Assembly: GCA_041613315.1 (NCBI GenBank)
Contig: JBFJHJ010000006.1
Location: 30,439-94,438 of the forward strand
DNA from: Gemmatimonadales bacterium
GTDB lineage: Bacteria > Gemmatimonadota > Gemmatimonadetes > Gemmatimonadales > GWC2-71-9
Length of the DNA stretch: 64,000 nt
Direction: 5' to 3'
Shown here: positions 9,936-19,529 of the stretch, piece by piece
Layout: each line of letters begins with the position of its first letter
Numbering within the stretch: position 1 is the stretch's first letter
Program-made: the position numbers and the translations under genes
Notes under the pieces: model-generated
The model's input: the letters and a program-made list of their open reading frames with translations, nothing else
The model's database searches: none
Told to the model about the DNA's origin: nothing

Positions 9936-10454
9936 ATGATGGATGACGCTTCAGCGGCGATGACCGAGACCACGACGTACGAGCCCGTCTTCACGGGCGC
10001 GCAACGGAAACAGCTGGAGGCGATCCTCCCGCGCTACCCCACGAAGCAGGCCGCGCTGCTGCCGGCCCTGTGGATGGTACAGGAGACGCACGGCTGGGTG
10101 TCGGACAGCGCCATGGCGGAGGTCGCGGAGGTCCTGGACTTGGCGCCCGCTTACGTCAAGGGCGTGGTGACCTTCTACACGATGTACCACCAGCACCCGG
10201 TGGGGCGCTATTTCATTCAGATATGCACGACGACGCCGTGCAACCTGTGTGGCGCGGAAGACGTCGTGCACGCCTTCCTCACGCACACGGGCTGCGGGGA
10301 GCTCGGCGCCACGTCGACCGACGGCGGGTACACGGTGATCGAGGTCGAGTGCCTGGGAGCGTGCGGGTTTGCCACACCGGTGCTGATCAACGACGACTTC
10401 ATCGAGGGCGTGACGCCGGAAACCGTTCCGGAGCTGCTGCGGAGCTACCGATGA
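9936..10454 (+). CDS. nuoE: NADH-quinone oxidoreductase subunit E
   Basis: VVTFYTMY, CTTTPC, ECLGAC; start may be 9939 or 9960. Confidence 0.95.
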   Translation: MMDDASAAMTETTTYEPVFTGAQRKQLEAILPRYPTKQAALLPALWMVQETHGWVSDSAMAEVAEVLDLAPAYVKGVVTFYTMYHQHPVGRYFIQICTTTPCNLCGAEDVVHAFLTHTGCGELGATSTDGGYTVIEVECLGACGFATPVLINDDFIEGVTPETVPELLRSYR

Positions 10455-10546
10455 CGCCGCCGCCGGCGCCGGCGTGACCCGGCCCGTGATCAGACGCCGC
10501 AGGGGTGCGGCGCGTCCGCCGCGTCATGGCGGAGCGGCGAGGTAAC

Positions 10547-11854
10547 ATGGGTTACCCGCACCAGCCGCACTCCAAAGAGACCGTGGTGCTCTCCGAGTAC
10601 TTCGGCGACCCCGACGCCCGCACCTACGACGGGTGGATCAAGCGGGGTGGCTACCGGGCGCTCGAGCGGGCGTTGGGAATGGCGCCGGCCGCCATCATCG
10701 AAGAGGTCAAGCGATCCGGGCTTCGCGGCCGGGGCGGCGCGGGCTTCCCGACCGGTGTCAAATGGGGGTTCATGCCGCGGGAGAAGAAGAAGCCCCACTA
10801 CCTCTGCTGCAACGCGGACGAGTCGGAGCCCGGGACGTTCAAGGACCGCGAGATCATGCGGTGGACGCCGCACGCGCTCATCGAGGGGTGCGCGATCGCC
10901 CAGTACGCGATCCAGGCCGAGATCAACTACATCTACATCCGCGGCGAGTTCACCGAGCCGCTCCGCATCATGTCGCAGGCGCTGGACGAGGCGTACGCCA
11001 AGGGTGTGCTCGGTGCCAACGCGATGGGCACGGGCGTGCGGCTCGACATGTATGTGCACCGCGGTGCCGGGGCCTACATCTGCGGGGAGGAGACCGCCCT
11101 CATGAACTCGATCGAGGGCCGCCGCGGCAATCCCCGGGTGAAACCGCCCTTTCCGGCGGCGGTCGGTGTGTTCGGTATGCCGACCACGATCAACAACGTC
11201 GAGACGCTGGCGGCGGTGCCGCCCATTCTCAACCGCGGTGGCGAGTGGTATAAAGGCCTGAGCCGCGCCAGCCCGAAGAGCACCGGCACCAAGCTCTACA
11301 GCGTGTGCGGACACGTGCAGCGACCCGGCAACTACGAGCTCGAGATGGGCTTCCCCCTGGGCGAGCTGATCCACGAGTTGTGCGGCGGCGTCCCCGCCGG
11401 CCGCACGCTCAAGGCCTGCATCCCCGGCGGCTCCTCGGTGCCGATTCTGACCCGCGAGGAGACCGAGGCCTGCGTCCTCGACTACGAGGGCGTCGTGGAG
11501 GCCGGCTCGATGCTGGGCTCCGGGGGTGTGATCGTGTTGGACGACAGCGCCGACATGGTCTACCAGATCATGCGGCTCGCCAAGTTCTACGCCCATGAGT
11601 CGTGCGCCCAGTGCACGCAGTGTCGGGAGGGCACGGCGTGGACCGTGCGGATCCTCCAGAGGATTCTGGCCGGGGAAGGCGAGATGCGGGACTTGGACGT
11701 GCTGCTGGACCTGGCCGAGCAGATGACGGGGAAGACGATCTGCGTGTTGAGCGACTCGTGTGCCGCGCCGGTCGTGAGCGGCATCAAGAAATTCCGCGGG
11801 GAGTTCGAAGCGTACATCTCGGGCGCGCGGCGCCCGGCACGAGCGGTGGCATAG
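10547..11854 (+). CDS. nuoF: NADH-quinone oxidoreductase subunit F
   Basis: GRGGAGFPTG, NADESEPGTFKDR, GAYICGEETAL, ESCAQCTQCREG; GAGG RBS. Confidence 0.97.
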   Translation: MGYPHQPHSKETVVLSEYFGDPDARTYDGWIKRGGYRALERALGMAPAAIIEEVKRSGLRGRGGAGFPTGVKWGFMPREKKKPHYLCCNADESEPGTFKDREIMRWTPHALIEGCAIAQYAIQAEINYIYIRGEFTEPLRIMSQALDEAYAKGVLGANAMGTGVRLDMYVHRGAGAYICGEETALMNSIEGRRGNPRVKPPFPAAVGVFGMPTTINNVETLAAVPPILNRGGEWYKGLSRASPKSTGTKLYSVCGHVQRPGNYELEMGFPLGELIHELCGGVPAGRTLKACIPGGSSVPILTREETEACVLDYEGVVEAGSMLGSGGVIVLDDSADMVYQIMRLAKFYAHESCAQCTQCREGTAWTVRILQRILAGEGEMRDLDVLLDLAEQMTGKTICVLSDSCAAPVVSGIKKFRGEFEAYISGARRPARAVA

Positions 11855-11859
11855 CCGCG

Positions 11860-13446
11860 ATGACCCAGAGCGAGCTGGTCACGCTGACGATCGAAGGCGT
11901 CGAGGTCACGGTCCCCAAGGGGACGACGATCCTCGAGGCGGCGAAGCAGGCGGGGATCCTCATCCCGCACTACTGCTACCACCCCGGGCTCCCCATCGCC
12001 GGCGTCTGTCGGATGTGCCTCATCGAGGTCGAAGGCATGCCGAAGTTGCAGATCGGCTGCCAGGCGCAGGTCGGGGCGGGGCAGGTGGTGCGCGTCTCGT
12101 CCGAGGAAGCGAAGCAAGCGCGAGAGGCGGTCCTCGAGTTCCTCCTCATCAATCATCCGCTCGATTGCCCGATCTGCGACCAGGCCGGTGAGTGCGAGCT
12201 CCAGGATTACGTGTTTCAGGAGGGCCGCGCCCGCACGCGCTACACCCCGGCCTATCCCAAGCGCTTCAATCCCGTGGAAGACTTCGGCGGCGACGTGCTC
12301 TACGTCCCCAACCGCTGCATCCTGTGCACGCGCTGCGTGCGCTTCATGGACCACGTCGCGACCGACCCCATCCTGAACGTGAGCGAGCGCGGCGATCGAG
12401 CCTACATCGGGATCCATCCCGACCGGGAGCTGGTGCACCCCTGGGCCGGCAACGTGGTGGACCTCTGTCCCGTCGGATCGCTCCTCTCCAAGGATTTCCT
12501 GCACAAGGCGCGCGCGTGGGAGCTGGACAAGACGGCGAGTATCTGTACCGGCTGCTCGCAGGGGTGCAACATCAACCTGGATACCCGGACCGACGTCGTG
12601 GTACGCCTCCGCCCACGATCCAACCCGCACGTCAACCGCTGGTTCATGTGCGATCACGGGCGGCTCACCTATCGCTGGCTGAACCGCGGGGATCGGATCG
12701 AGGCGCCGCTCGTTCTGGAAGGGGGCGAGCTCGTCGCCACAGACTGGGACCAGGCGCTGGAGCGCGCGGCGGAGCGCCTGGCCGCGGCGGCGGGGCGCGC
12801 CGTGGCGCTCGTCTCGCCGGGCGCCTCGAACGAGGCGCTGTTCCTCGCGCAGCGCGTGTTGCGCGGCTTCGACGTCACCGGCGCGTTTCGGGTGGAGCGA
12901 GTCCCCGGTGAGTCGCCGTTGCCCGGCGTGCCGGGGCTGGCGCTCCGAAGTGAACGGGCGCCGAACGTGGCGGGCGCCCTGGCGCTGGGGTACGAGGAGG
13001 CGTTCGACCGCGCGTTAGCCGAGCTTGGGGAGGCGGCGGCCCTGTTGGTGCTCGACGAGTCGCTCGACGGCGTGTCTCGCGAGACGCTGAGAGGCGCAGG
13101 GTCGGTGATCTATCTGGGGACGGTGCTCCCCGAGGCGGCCCGGGGGGCGGAAGTCGTCCTGCCGATCACGAACGTGGCGGAGGAAGATGGCACGTTCGTG
13201 AATCGGGACCGCCGCGTGCAGCGCTATTTCCAGGCCACGGCGGCGCCGGGGATGGCGCGCCCCGCGTGGTGGGTGCTGGGCGAGCTGGTGATGCATCGGG
13301 GCGACAGTGCGCCGCTGAGCAGCGCCGCCGAGGCGTTCGACCGCCTCGCCGCCGCGGAGGCGTCGTTCCACGGACTGTCGTACGCGCGCCTCGGTTACCA
13401 GGGTGCCGAGCTGCAGCGGGCCGAGACCGCCGGAGTGACCGGATGA
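11860..13446 (+). CDS. nuoG: NADH-quinone oxidoreductase subunit G (short, 528 aa)
   Basis: CYH...CRMC, HPLDCPICDQAGECELQ, CILCTRC, DLCPVG, CTGCSQGC. Confidence 0.93.
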   Translation: MTQSELVTLTIEGVEVTVPKGTTILEAAKQAGILIPHYCYHPGLPIAGVCRMCLIEVEGMPKLQIGCQAQVGAGQVVRVSSEEAKQAREAVLEFLLINHPLDCPICDQAGECELQDYVFQEGRARTRYTPAYPKRFNPVEDFGGDVLYVPNRCILCTRCVRFMDHVATDPILNVSERGDRAYIGIHPDRELVHPWAGNVVDLCPVGSLLSKDFLHKARAWELDKTASICTGCSQGCNINLDTRTDVVVRLRPRSNPHVNRWFMCDHGRLTYRWLNRGDRIEAPLVLEGGELVATDWDQALERAAERLAAAAGRAVALVSPGASNEALFLAQRVLRGFDVTGAFRVERVPGESPLPGVPGLALRSERAPNVAGALALGYEEAFDRALAELGEAAALLVLDESLDGVSRETLRGAGSVIYLGTVLPEAARGAEVVLPITNVAEEDGTFVNRDRRVQRYFQATAAPGMARPAWWVLGELVMHRGDSAPLSSAAEAFDRLAAAEASFHGLSYARLGYQGAELQRAETAGVTG

Positions 13447-14651
13447 CCCCCGAGCTCAAGGGGTTCCTTCTGCTCGGCGTCGCGAAAGTCATCGTCGTGT
13501 TCACCGTGCTTATGGTGGGCGTGATGATGGTGGTCTGGGCCGAGCGCCGGGTGAGCGGCTGGATGCAGGACCGGCTCGGCCCCAACCGTGTGGGGCCTGA
13601 AGGGCTGTTCCAGTCGGTCGCCGACGGCATCAAGAACATCGTGAAGGAAGAGACGTTCCCGGCCGAGGCGCATCGGACGTTGTTCTTGCTCGCCCCCGTC
13701 ATGTCCTTCGTGCCGGCGCTGCTCCTGTTTGCGGTGATTCCGTTCGGGGCGCCCCTTCCCGTGAACTTCGACGTGACGCTGCCCCTGCTGGGGCACGTCG
13801 TCCATCACGGCGCGATGCCGATGGTGATCGCCGACCTGCCGGTGGGCTTCCTCTTCATCTTCGCCCTGTCCAGCCTCGGCGTGTACGGCATCGTGCTCGC
13901 CGGCTGGGCGTCCAACAGCAAGTACGCCTTCTTGGGCGCCCTTCGTGCGAGCGCCCAGATGATCAGCTATGAGGTGGCCCTCGGCATGAGCGTCATCGTC
14001 GTCGTGATCCTGGCGGGGAACGTCAAGCTGTCGGCGGTGATCGCCGCGCAACAGCAGTCCGTCTGGTTCGTCCTCCCCCTGACGCTGGGTTTCGTGATGT
14101 TCTTCATCTCGGCGCTCGCGGAGACCAACCGGCTGCCGTTCGATTTGCCGGAGGCGGAGGCCGAGCTCATCGCGGGCTACCACACCGAGTACAGCGCGAT
14201 GAAGTTCTCGATGTTCTTTATCGCGGAGTACGCCGCGATCATCACCATGTCAGCCCTCATGGCGACGTTCTTCTTCGGAGGCTGGGACATTCCCTTCTGG
14301 GACGAGGGCGCACCGGCGGCCTGGAAGACGGCGCTCACGTTGCTGGCGTTCATGCTCAAGACGACGTTCTTCGTCTTCTGCTACATCTGGGTCCGGTGGA
14401 CGCTGCCGCGGTTCCGCTTCGACCAGCTCATGGCCTTGGGGTGGAAGTTCCTCTTTCCGCTCGTGCTCGCATACATCGTGCTGATCGCGGGGGCGGTGTG
14501 GGTGTTGGACGCCGTGGGAGTCGCCTTCGGACCGATGTACGGCCTGATCCTCTTCGCGGTCAACGTCGTGGTGCTCTACTGGGTATTCTCGGTGCTCGAC
14601 CGGGGCCGCCTGATCACCGGGGCGCGGCTGCAGCAGGAAGGGCTGCGCTGA
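13443..14651 (+). CDS. nuoH: NADH-quinone oxidoreductase subunit H
   Basis: QDRLGPNRVGP, AETNRLPFDLPEAE, RWTLPRFRFDQ. Confidence 0.97.
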   Translation: MTPELKGFLLLGVAKVIVVFTVLMVGVMMVVWAERRVSGWMQDRLGPNRVGPEGLFQSVADGIKNIVKEETFPAEAHRTLFLLAPVMSFVPALLLFAVIPFGAPLPVNFDVTLPLLGHVVHHGAMPMVIADLPVGFLFIFALSSLGVYGIVLAGWASNSKYAFLGALRASAQMISYEVALGMSVIVVVILAGNVKLSAVIAAQQQSVWFVLPLTLGFVMFFISALAETNRLPFDLPEAEAELIAGYHTEYSAMKFSMFFIAEYAAIITMSALMATFFFGGWDIPFWDEGAPAAWKTALTLLAFMLKTTFFVFCYIWVRWTLPRFRFDQLMALGWKFLFPLVLAYIVLIAGAVWVLDAVGVAFGPMYGLILFAVNVVVLYWVFSVLDRGRLITGARLQQEGLR

Positions 14652-15157
14652 TGCCGATCGGCGTGAAGGTGATGCAGCGGCCGGTGGCGGAGACCAGCTA
14701 TCTGCGGGCGGCGCTCAAGGGCATGGCGCTCACGTTCCGGCACCTCCTGCGGCCCAAGGTCACGATGCAGTACCCGGAGCAGAAGGCCACGGCGACGTGG
14801 ACGCTGTCGCCCCGCTGGCGCGGCACGCACCGCATGCTCACCGACGAGCAGGGGAGGGCCAAGTGCGTGGCCTGCGGGCTCTGCCCCCAGATCTGTCCGG
14901 CCAATTGCATCAAGCTCGTACCGGGCGAGGACGAAGAGGGGCACCGGTATCCTCTGATCTACGAGATCGACGAGTTCCGGTGCGTCTTCTGCGGCTACTG
15001 TCAGGAAGTGTGCCCCGAAGAGGCGATTCACGTCGGCGTGCACTATGAGAACGCCGAATACGAGCGCGGGCGGTTCGTGTACGACCTGGAGCGGCTGTGC
15101 GCCCAGACGCACGCCGTGTCGACGTTGTGGGATCCCTCGGACCCACGGGGGGAATAG
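14651..15157 (+). CDS. nuoI: NADH-quinone oxidoreductase subunit I
   Basis: two CxxCxxCxxxCP motifs. Confidence 0.96.
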   Translation: MPIGVKVMQRPVAETSYLRAALKGMALTFRHLLRPKVTMQYPEQKATATWTLSPRWRGTHRMLTDEQGRAKCVACGLCPQICPANCIKLVPGEDEEGHRYPLIYEIDEFRCVFCGYCQEVCPEEAIHVGVHYENAEYERGRFVYDLERLCAQTHAVSTLWDPSDPRGE

Positions 15158-15159
15158 CC

Positions 15160-15690
15160 GTGACCCTCGCCGTGTTTTGGCTGTTCGCCGGCATCGCCAT
15201 CGTCGCGGCCTTCCTGTGTATCACGCGCCGCAGCCCGGTGACCAGCGCGCTCTGGCTCGTGCTGACGCTCTTCTCGCTCGCCGCGCTCTTCGTGCTGCTG
15301 GACGCGCACTTCATCGCCGCAGTCCAGGTCCTGGTCTACGCCGGGGCCATCATGGTCTTGTTCCTGTTCGTGATCATGCTGCTCAACCTCGGCCGAGAGG
15401 GCCCCAGCGACATGCTGGGGTGGGCCGGCCGCCTGGTGATGCTCGCGGTCGGCGCGCTCCTCGCGACCGAGCTGTGGGTGGTCGCCCGCGTCGTGCCCGC
15501 GGAGGCGCTGCGGCTCCCGGCGGGAACGCTGGACCGGCTCGCCGAGTCCCGGGGGGGCGTCGACGTGATCACCCCAGTGATCAGCGAGCCGCTGTTTGGG
15601 GAGTTCCTCATTCCGCTCGAGATCACCGCCGTGCTGCTCCTCACCGCCATCGTGGGCGCCGTCGTGCTGGCCAAGCGGAAACTCGGATGA
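15160..15690 (+). CDS. nuoJ: NADH-quinone oxidoreductase subunit J
   Basis: [21 protein letters not shown]. Confidence 0.96.
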   Translation: MTLAVFWLFAGIAIVAAFLCITRRSPVTSALWLVLTLFSLAALFVLLDAHFIAAVQVLVYAGAIMVLFLFVIMLLNLGREGPSDMLGWAGRLVMLAVGALLATELWVVARVVPAEALRLPAGTLDRLAESRGGVDVITPVISEPLFGEFLIPLEITAVLLLTAIVGAVVLAKRKLG

Positions 15691-15998
15691 GCGGCGACCT
15701 TCAGCTCCTGGGTCCAGCGCTCGCGGTATCGGCCATTCTCTTCAGTCTCGGCGTGGCGGGGGTGCTGTTTCGCCGGAACGCCATCATCATCTTCATGTGC
15801 ATCGAGCTCATGCTGAACGCGGTGAACCTCACGTTCATCGCGCTAGCGCAGCAGCTCGGACCGCGGGGGCAGGTGCTGGTCTTCTTCGTGATGGCCGTGG
15901 CGGCGGCCGAGGCGGCGGTGGGACTGGCAATCATGATCGCCGTCTATCGCCACAAAGAGTCGGTGAACGTCCGTGAGATCAACCTGCTGAGAGGCTGA
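15687..15998 (+). CDS. nuoK: NADH-quinone oxidoreductase subunit K
   Basis: [23 protein letters not shown]. Confidence 0.96.
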   Translation: MSGDLQLLGPALAVSAILFSLGVAGVLFRRNAIIIFMCIELMLNAVNLTFIALAQQLGPRGQVLVFFVMAVAAAEAAVGLAIMIAVYRHKESVNVREINLLRG

Positions 15999-17974
15999 TG
16001 CCGGCGTCCCTCGCTTGGCTGTGGCTCGTCGTCGTGCTGCCGTTTGCGGGGTTCCTCGTCAACGGAGCCGTGAGCTTCCTCAGGCCCGGGGCGAAGCGCG
16101 TGGTGAGTGTGGTGGGTGTAGGCAGCGTCGTGCTCGCCTTCGCCGTCGCACTCGCTGTGGCGGCGGACATTGCGCGGACCGCGCCCGGCGAGCCGTACGT
16201 CCTCACCTACTTCGAGTGGATGGTCGTGGGCGGCCTGGACGTGGCCGTCGCGTTCCAGGTGGACCAGCTGTCCGCGGTGATGCTGCTCGTGGTCACGGGG
16301 GTGGGCGCGCTGATCCATGTGTTCAGTGTCGGCTACATGCACGCGGACGACGGCTACGCCCGGTACTTCGCGTACCTGAACCTCTTCGTCTTCTTCATGC
16401 TGGTGCTCGTCCTGGGAGCCAACTTCCCGGTGATGTTCGTGGGGTGGGAAGGGGTCGGGCTCTGCAGTTACCTGCTGATCGGCTTCTGGTACGAGGTGAA
16501 GGCGTTTGCCGACGCGGGCAAGAAGGCCTTCATCATGAACCGCATTGGGGACTTCGGCTTCCTCGTCGCGATGCTCCTGCTCTTCCAGACCACGGGTTCG
16601 TTGTCGTTCGTCGAGGTGTTCGACGTCGCGCCGACGGCGTTCGCGGTGGGCGGGGGCACCATTACGCTGATCACGCTGCTGCTGTTCCTGGGCTGCGCGG
16701 GCAAGTCGGCACAGATCCCGCTGTATACGTGGCTCCCCGACGCCATGGCGGGCCCCACGCCCGTCTCGGCGCTGATCCACGCCGCCACAATGGTGACCGC
16801 GGGTGTGTACCTCGTGGCGCGCGCGAACATCCTCTTTGCGATGGCGCCGGTCTCGAGCTTCGTCGTGGCAGCCGTGGGCGCCGCCACCGCGCTGTTTGCG
16901 GCGACGATCGCGCTCAAGCAATGGGATATCAAGAAAGTGCTGGCGTACTCCACCATCTCTCAACTGGGATACATGTTCCTCGGCGTCGGGGTCGGCGCGT
17001 ACGCCGCCGGCATGTTCCACCTCGTGACCCACGCCTTCTTCAAGGCGCTCCTCTTCTTGGGATCGGGGAGCGTGATTCACGCGCTGCACCACGCGTACCA
17101 CGCCACGCACCGCGAGGACGACGCGCAAGACATGCGGAACATGGGCGGGCTGCGGCGCTGGATGCCCTGGACCGCTGCGCTGATGTGGATCGCTACGCTC
17201 GCCATCGCCGGGGTACCCGGGTTCTCGGGCTTCTTCTCGAAAGACGAGATCCTGGCCGCGACGTTCGCGCGCGGACCCGACGCTGACGCCTTCTACGTGC
17301 TGTGGATCGTTGGCAGCGTGGCGGCGCTGCTCACGGCGTTCTACATGACGCGCATGATGCTCTACACCTTCCACGGCCCCAACCGGACGGGCGCCGACGA
17401 GCAGCCCCACCTGCACGAGGCTCCGTGGGTGATGACCGGCCCCCTCGTCGTCCTGGGCATCGGCAGCGTGGTCGCCGGGCTGCTCAACCTGCCGGCCGTG
17501 CTGCCGGGGAGTGGATGGCTGCACCACTGGCTCGAGCCGGTCACCGAGTCCGGCGCCGCATTCTTCATGGAGACGCACCTGACTCACGGGACCGAATGGG
17601 CGCTTTTGGGCATCGCCACCGCGGTCGCCGCCGCCGGCCTCCTGGGTGCGTGGACCCTTCTCAAGCCTGCGGCGTTGCGGCCTGCCCGGGAGGCCCCGGC
17701 GGAAGCGGGGCTCCAACGGCTCCTGCTCCACAAGTGGTACGTGGACGAATTGTACGACGCGCTCGTGGTCCGCCCGCTCGTGCGGCTCTCCGACCGCGTG
17801 TTCTGGCGGACGCTAGACGAGGGCGCGATCGACGGCGCCGCGGTCAACGGGTCGGCGTGGCTGGCGCGCGGGATCGGGCGCGTCGGCAGCGCGCTCCAGA
17901 CCGGACTCGTGAGCTGGTACGTGTTCGTGTTCGTGGCGGGGACCGTGCTCCTCCTCTACTTCGTGCTCCGCTGA
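15998..17974 (+). CDS. nuoL: NADH-quinone oxidoreductase subunit L
   Basis: GKSAQIPL.TWLPDAMAGPTPVSALIHAATMV, HAFFKALLFL. Confidence 0.97.
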   Translation: MPASLAWLWLVVVLPFAGFLVNGAVSFLRPGAKRVVSVVGVGSVVLAFAVALAVAADIARTAPGEPYVLTYFEWMVVGGLDVAVAFQVDQLSAVMLLVVTGVGALIHVFSVGYMHADDGYARYFAYLNLFVFFMLVLVLGANFPVMFVGWEGVGLCSYLLIGFWYEVKAFADAGKKAFIMNRIGDFGFLVAMLLLFQTTGSLSFVEVFDVAPTAFAVGGGTITLITLLLFLGCAGKSAQIPLYTWLPDAMAGPTPVSALIHAATMVTAGVYLVARANILFAMAPVSSFVVAAVGAATALFAATIALKQWDIKKVLAYSTISQLGYMFLGVGVGAYAAGMFHLVTHAFFKALLFLGSGSVIHALHHAYHATHREDDAQDMRNMGGLRRWMPWTAALMWIATLAIAGVPGFSGFFSKDEILAATFARGPDADAFYVLWIVGSVAALLTAFYMTRMMLYTFHGPNRTGADEQPHLHEAPWVMTGPLVVLGIGSVVAGLLNLPAVLPGSGWLHHWLEPVTESGAAFFMETHLTHGTEWALLGIATAVAAAGLLGAWTLLKPAALRPAREAPAEAGLQRLLLHKWYVDELYDALVVRPLVRLSDRVFWRTLDEGAIDGAAVNGSAWLARGIGRVGSALQTGLVSWYVFVFVAGTVLLLYFVLR

Positions 17975-17975
17975 G

Positions 17976-19529
17976 ATGGACGGCCTGCTGACGACGATCG
18001 GGTACGACGCCTGGGTGCTGGACGCCCTGCTGGCGTTCCCCTTGCTTGGGGCACTGGCCGTGCTGCTCAGTCCGGTGACGGCGTCGAAGCGCCTCGCCCT
18101 GGCGGTGACGCTGCTCGAGTTTGCGCTGTCGGTGCCCCTCTGGTGGCGCTTCGCCCCCGCCACCGCCGCCATGCAGTTCGGGGCAACGCACCCCTGGATC
18201 CCCGACTGGGGCATCATGTACCGGGTGGGGCTGGACGGGATCTCCCTGTTCATGGTGCTGCTCACGACGCTGACGATGCCGCTCGCCGTGCTGGGGAGCT
18301 GGACCTACATCACGCAGAAGGAGCGTCCGTACTACACGCTCCTCCTGGTGCTGACCACCGGGATGCTCGGGGTGTTCGTCGCGCTGGACCTGTTCGTGTT
18401 CTACGTGTTCTGGGAGATCATGCTCATCCCGATGTACTTCATCATCGGGGTGTGGGGAGGCGCCCGGCGCCTCTACGCGGCGATCAAGTTCTTCCTGTAC
18501 ACTTTCGTGGGCTCGCTGCTCATGCTCGTGGCGATCCTGACCGTGTACTACATGGTGGGTCGCGCGACGGGCACCTACTCCTTTGCCTACGAGCACCTGC
18601 TGAGCAACATCGGGGCTGCGGAGCGGTGGGCCTTCTGGCTCTTCGGCGCCTTCTTCTTGGCGTTCGCCATCAAGGTGCCGATGTTCCCGTTCCATACCTG
18701 GCTGCCGGATGCGCACGTGGAGGCCCCGACCGCGGGCTCCGTGATCCTGGCGGGCATCCTCCTCAAGATGGGGACCTACGGGTTCCTGCGGTTTGCGCTC
18801 CCCTTCTTCCCGGATGTCGCGCTCCATCCGGTCGTGGCGAGCGCCATCGTGATCCTGGCGGTCGTCGGCATCATCTACGGCGCCCTCGTGGCGATGGTGC
18901 AACCCGACTTCAAGAAGCTCGTCGCGTACTCGTCGGTCAGCCACCTGGGCTTCGTCATGCTCGGCATCTGGGCGCTCACCGCGGAGAGCGTGAGCGGTGC
19001 CGTGATCATCATGATCAACCACGGCATTTCGACCGGCGCGCTGTTTTTCCTCGCGGGCATGCTGTACGAGCGCCGACATACGCGGGAGATCGCCGAGTTC
19101 GGGGGGCTCGCGCGCGTGGTACCGCTGCTGGCGACCGTCCTGACCGTCGTGGCCCTCTCGTCGATTGGCCTGCCCGGTACCAATGGCTTCATCGGGGAGT
19201 TCTTGGTGCTGGTGGGGGCGTTCGGGCCGTACCCGTGGGCGACGGCTATCGCCACGACCGGGGTGATCTTCGCGGCAGCGTACCTGCTCTGGGCGCTGCA
19301 GCGATTGATCTTCAACCGGCTCGAGAAGAGTGAGAACCGAGGGCTGCCCGATCTGTCGCGCCGCGAGGTGATGGTGCTGGCGCCGCTCCTTGCCTGTATC
19401 CTGTGGATCGGCATCTACCCCCAACCGTTCTTGCGGCGGATTGAGGCCTCGGCGGAGGCGCTGATCCAGCAGGTGCGGCCCGACGAAACCGTGGCAACGG
19501 GCGCGCGTCCACCGGAGCGGGCACCATGA
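17976..19529 (+). CDS. nuoM: NADH-quinone oxidoreductase subunit M
   Basis: HTWLPDAHVEAPT, LVAYSSVSHLG. Confidence 0.97.
   Translation: MDGLLTTIGYDAWVLDALLAFPLLGALAVLLSPVTASKRLALAVTLLEFALSVPLWWRFAPATAAMQFGATHPWIPDWGIMYRVGLDGISLFMVLLTTLTMPLAVLGSWTYITQKERPYYTLLLVLTTGMLGVFVALDLFVFYVFWEIMLIPMYFIIGVWGGARRLYAAIKFFLYTFVGSLLMLVAILTVYYMVGRATGTYSFAYEHLLSNIGAAERWAFWLFGAFFLAFAIKVPMFPFHTWLPDAHVEAPTAGSVILAGILLKMGTYGFLRFALPFFPDVALHPVVASAIVILAVVGIIYGALVAMVQPDFKKLVAYSSVSHLGFVMLGIWALTAESVSGAVIIMINHGISTGALFFLAGMLYERRHTREIAEFGGLARVVPLLATVLTVVALSSIGLPGTNGFIGEFLVLVGAFGPYPWATAIATTGVIFAAAYLLWALQRLIFNRLEKSENRGLPDLSRREVMVLAPLLACILWIGIYPQPFLRRIEASAEALIQQVRPDETVATGARPPERAP

Noticed and set aside
9830..9946. 38-codon ORF bridging nuoD and nuoE
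   Set aside because: GTGA overlaps arise easily by chance, and the ORF simply reads through the heptamer array
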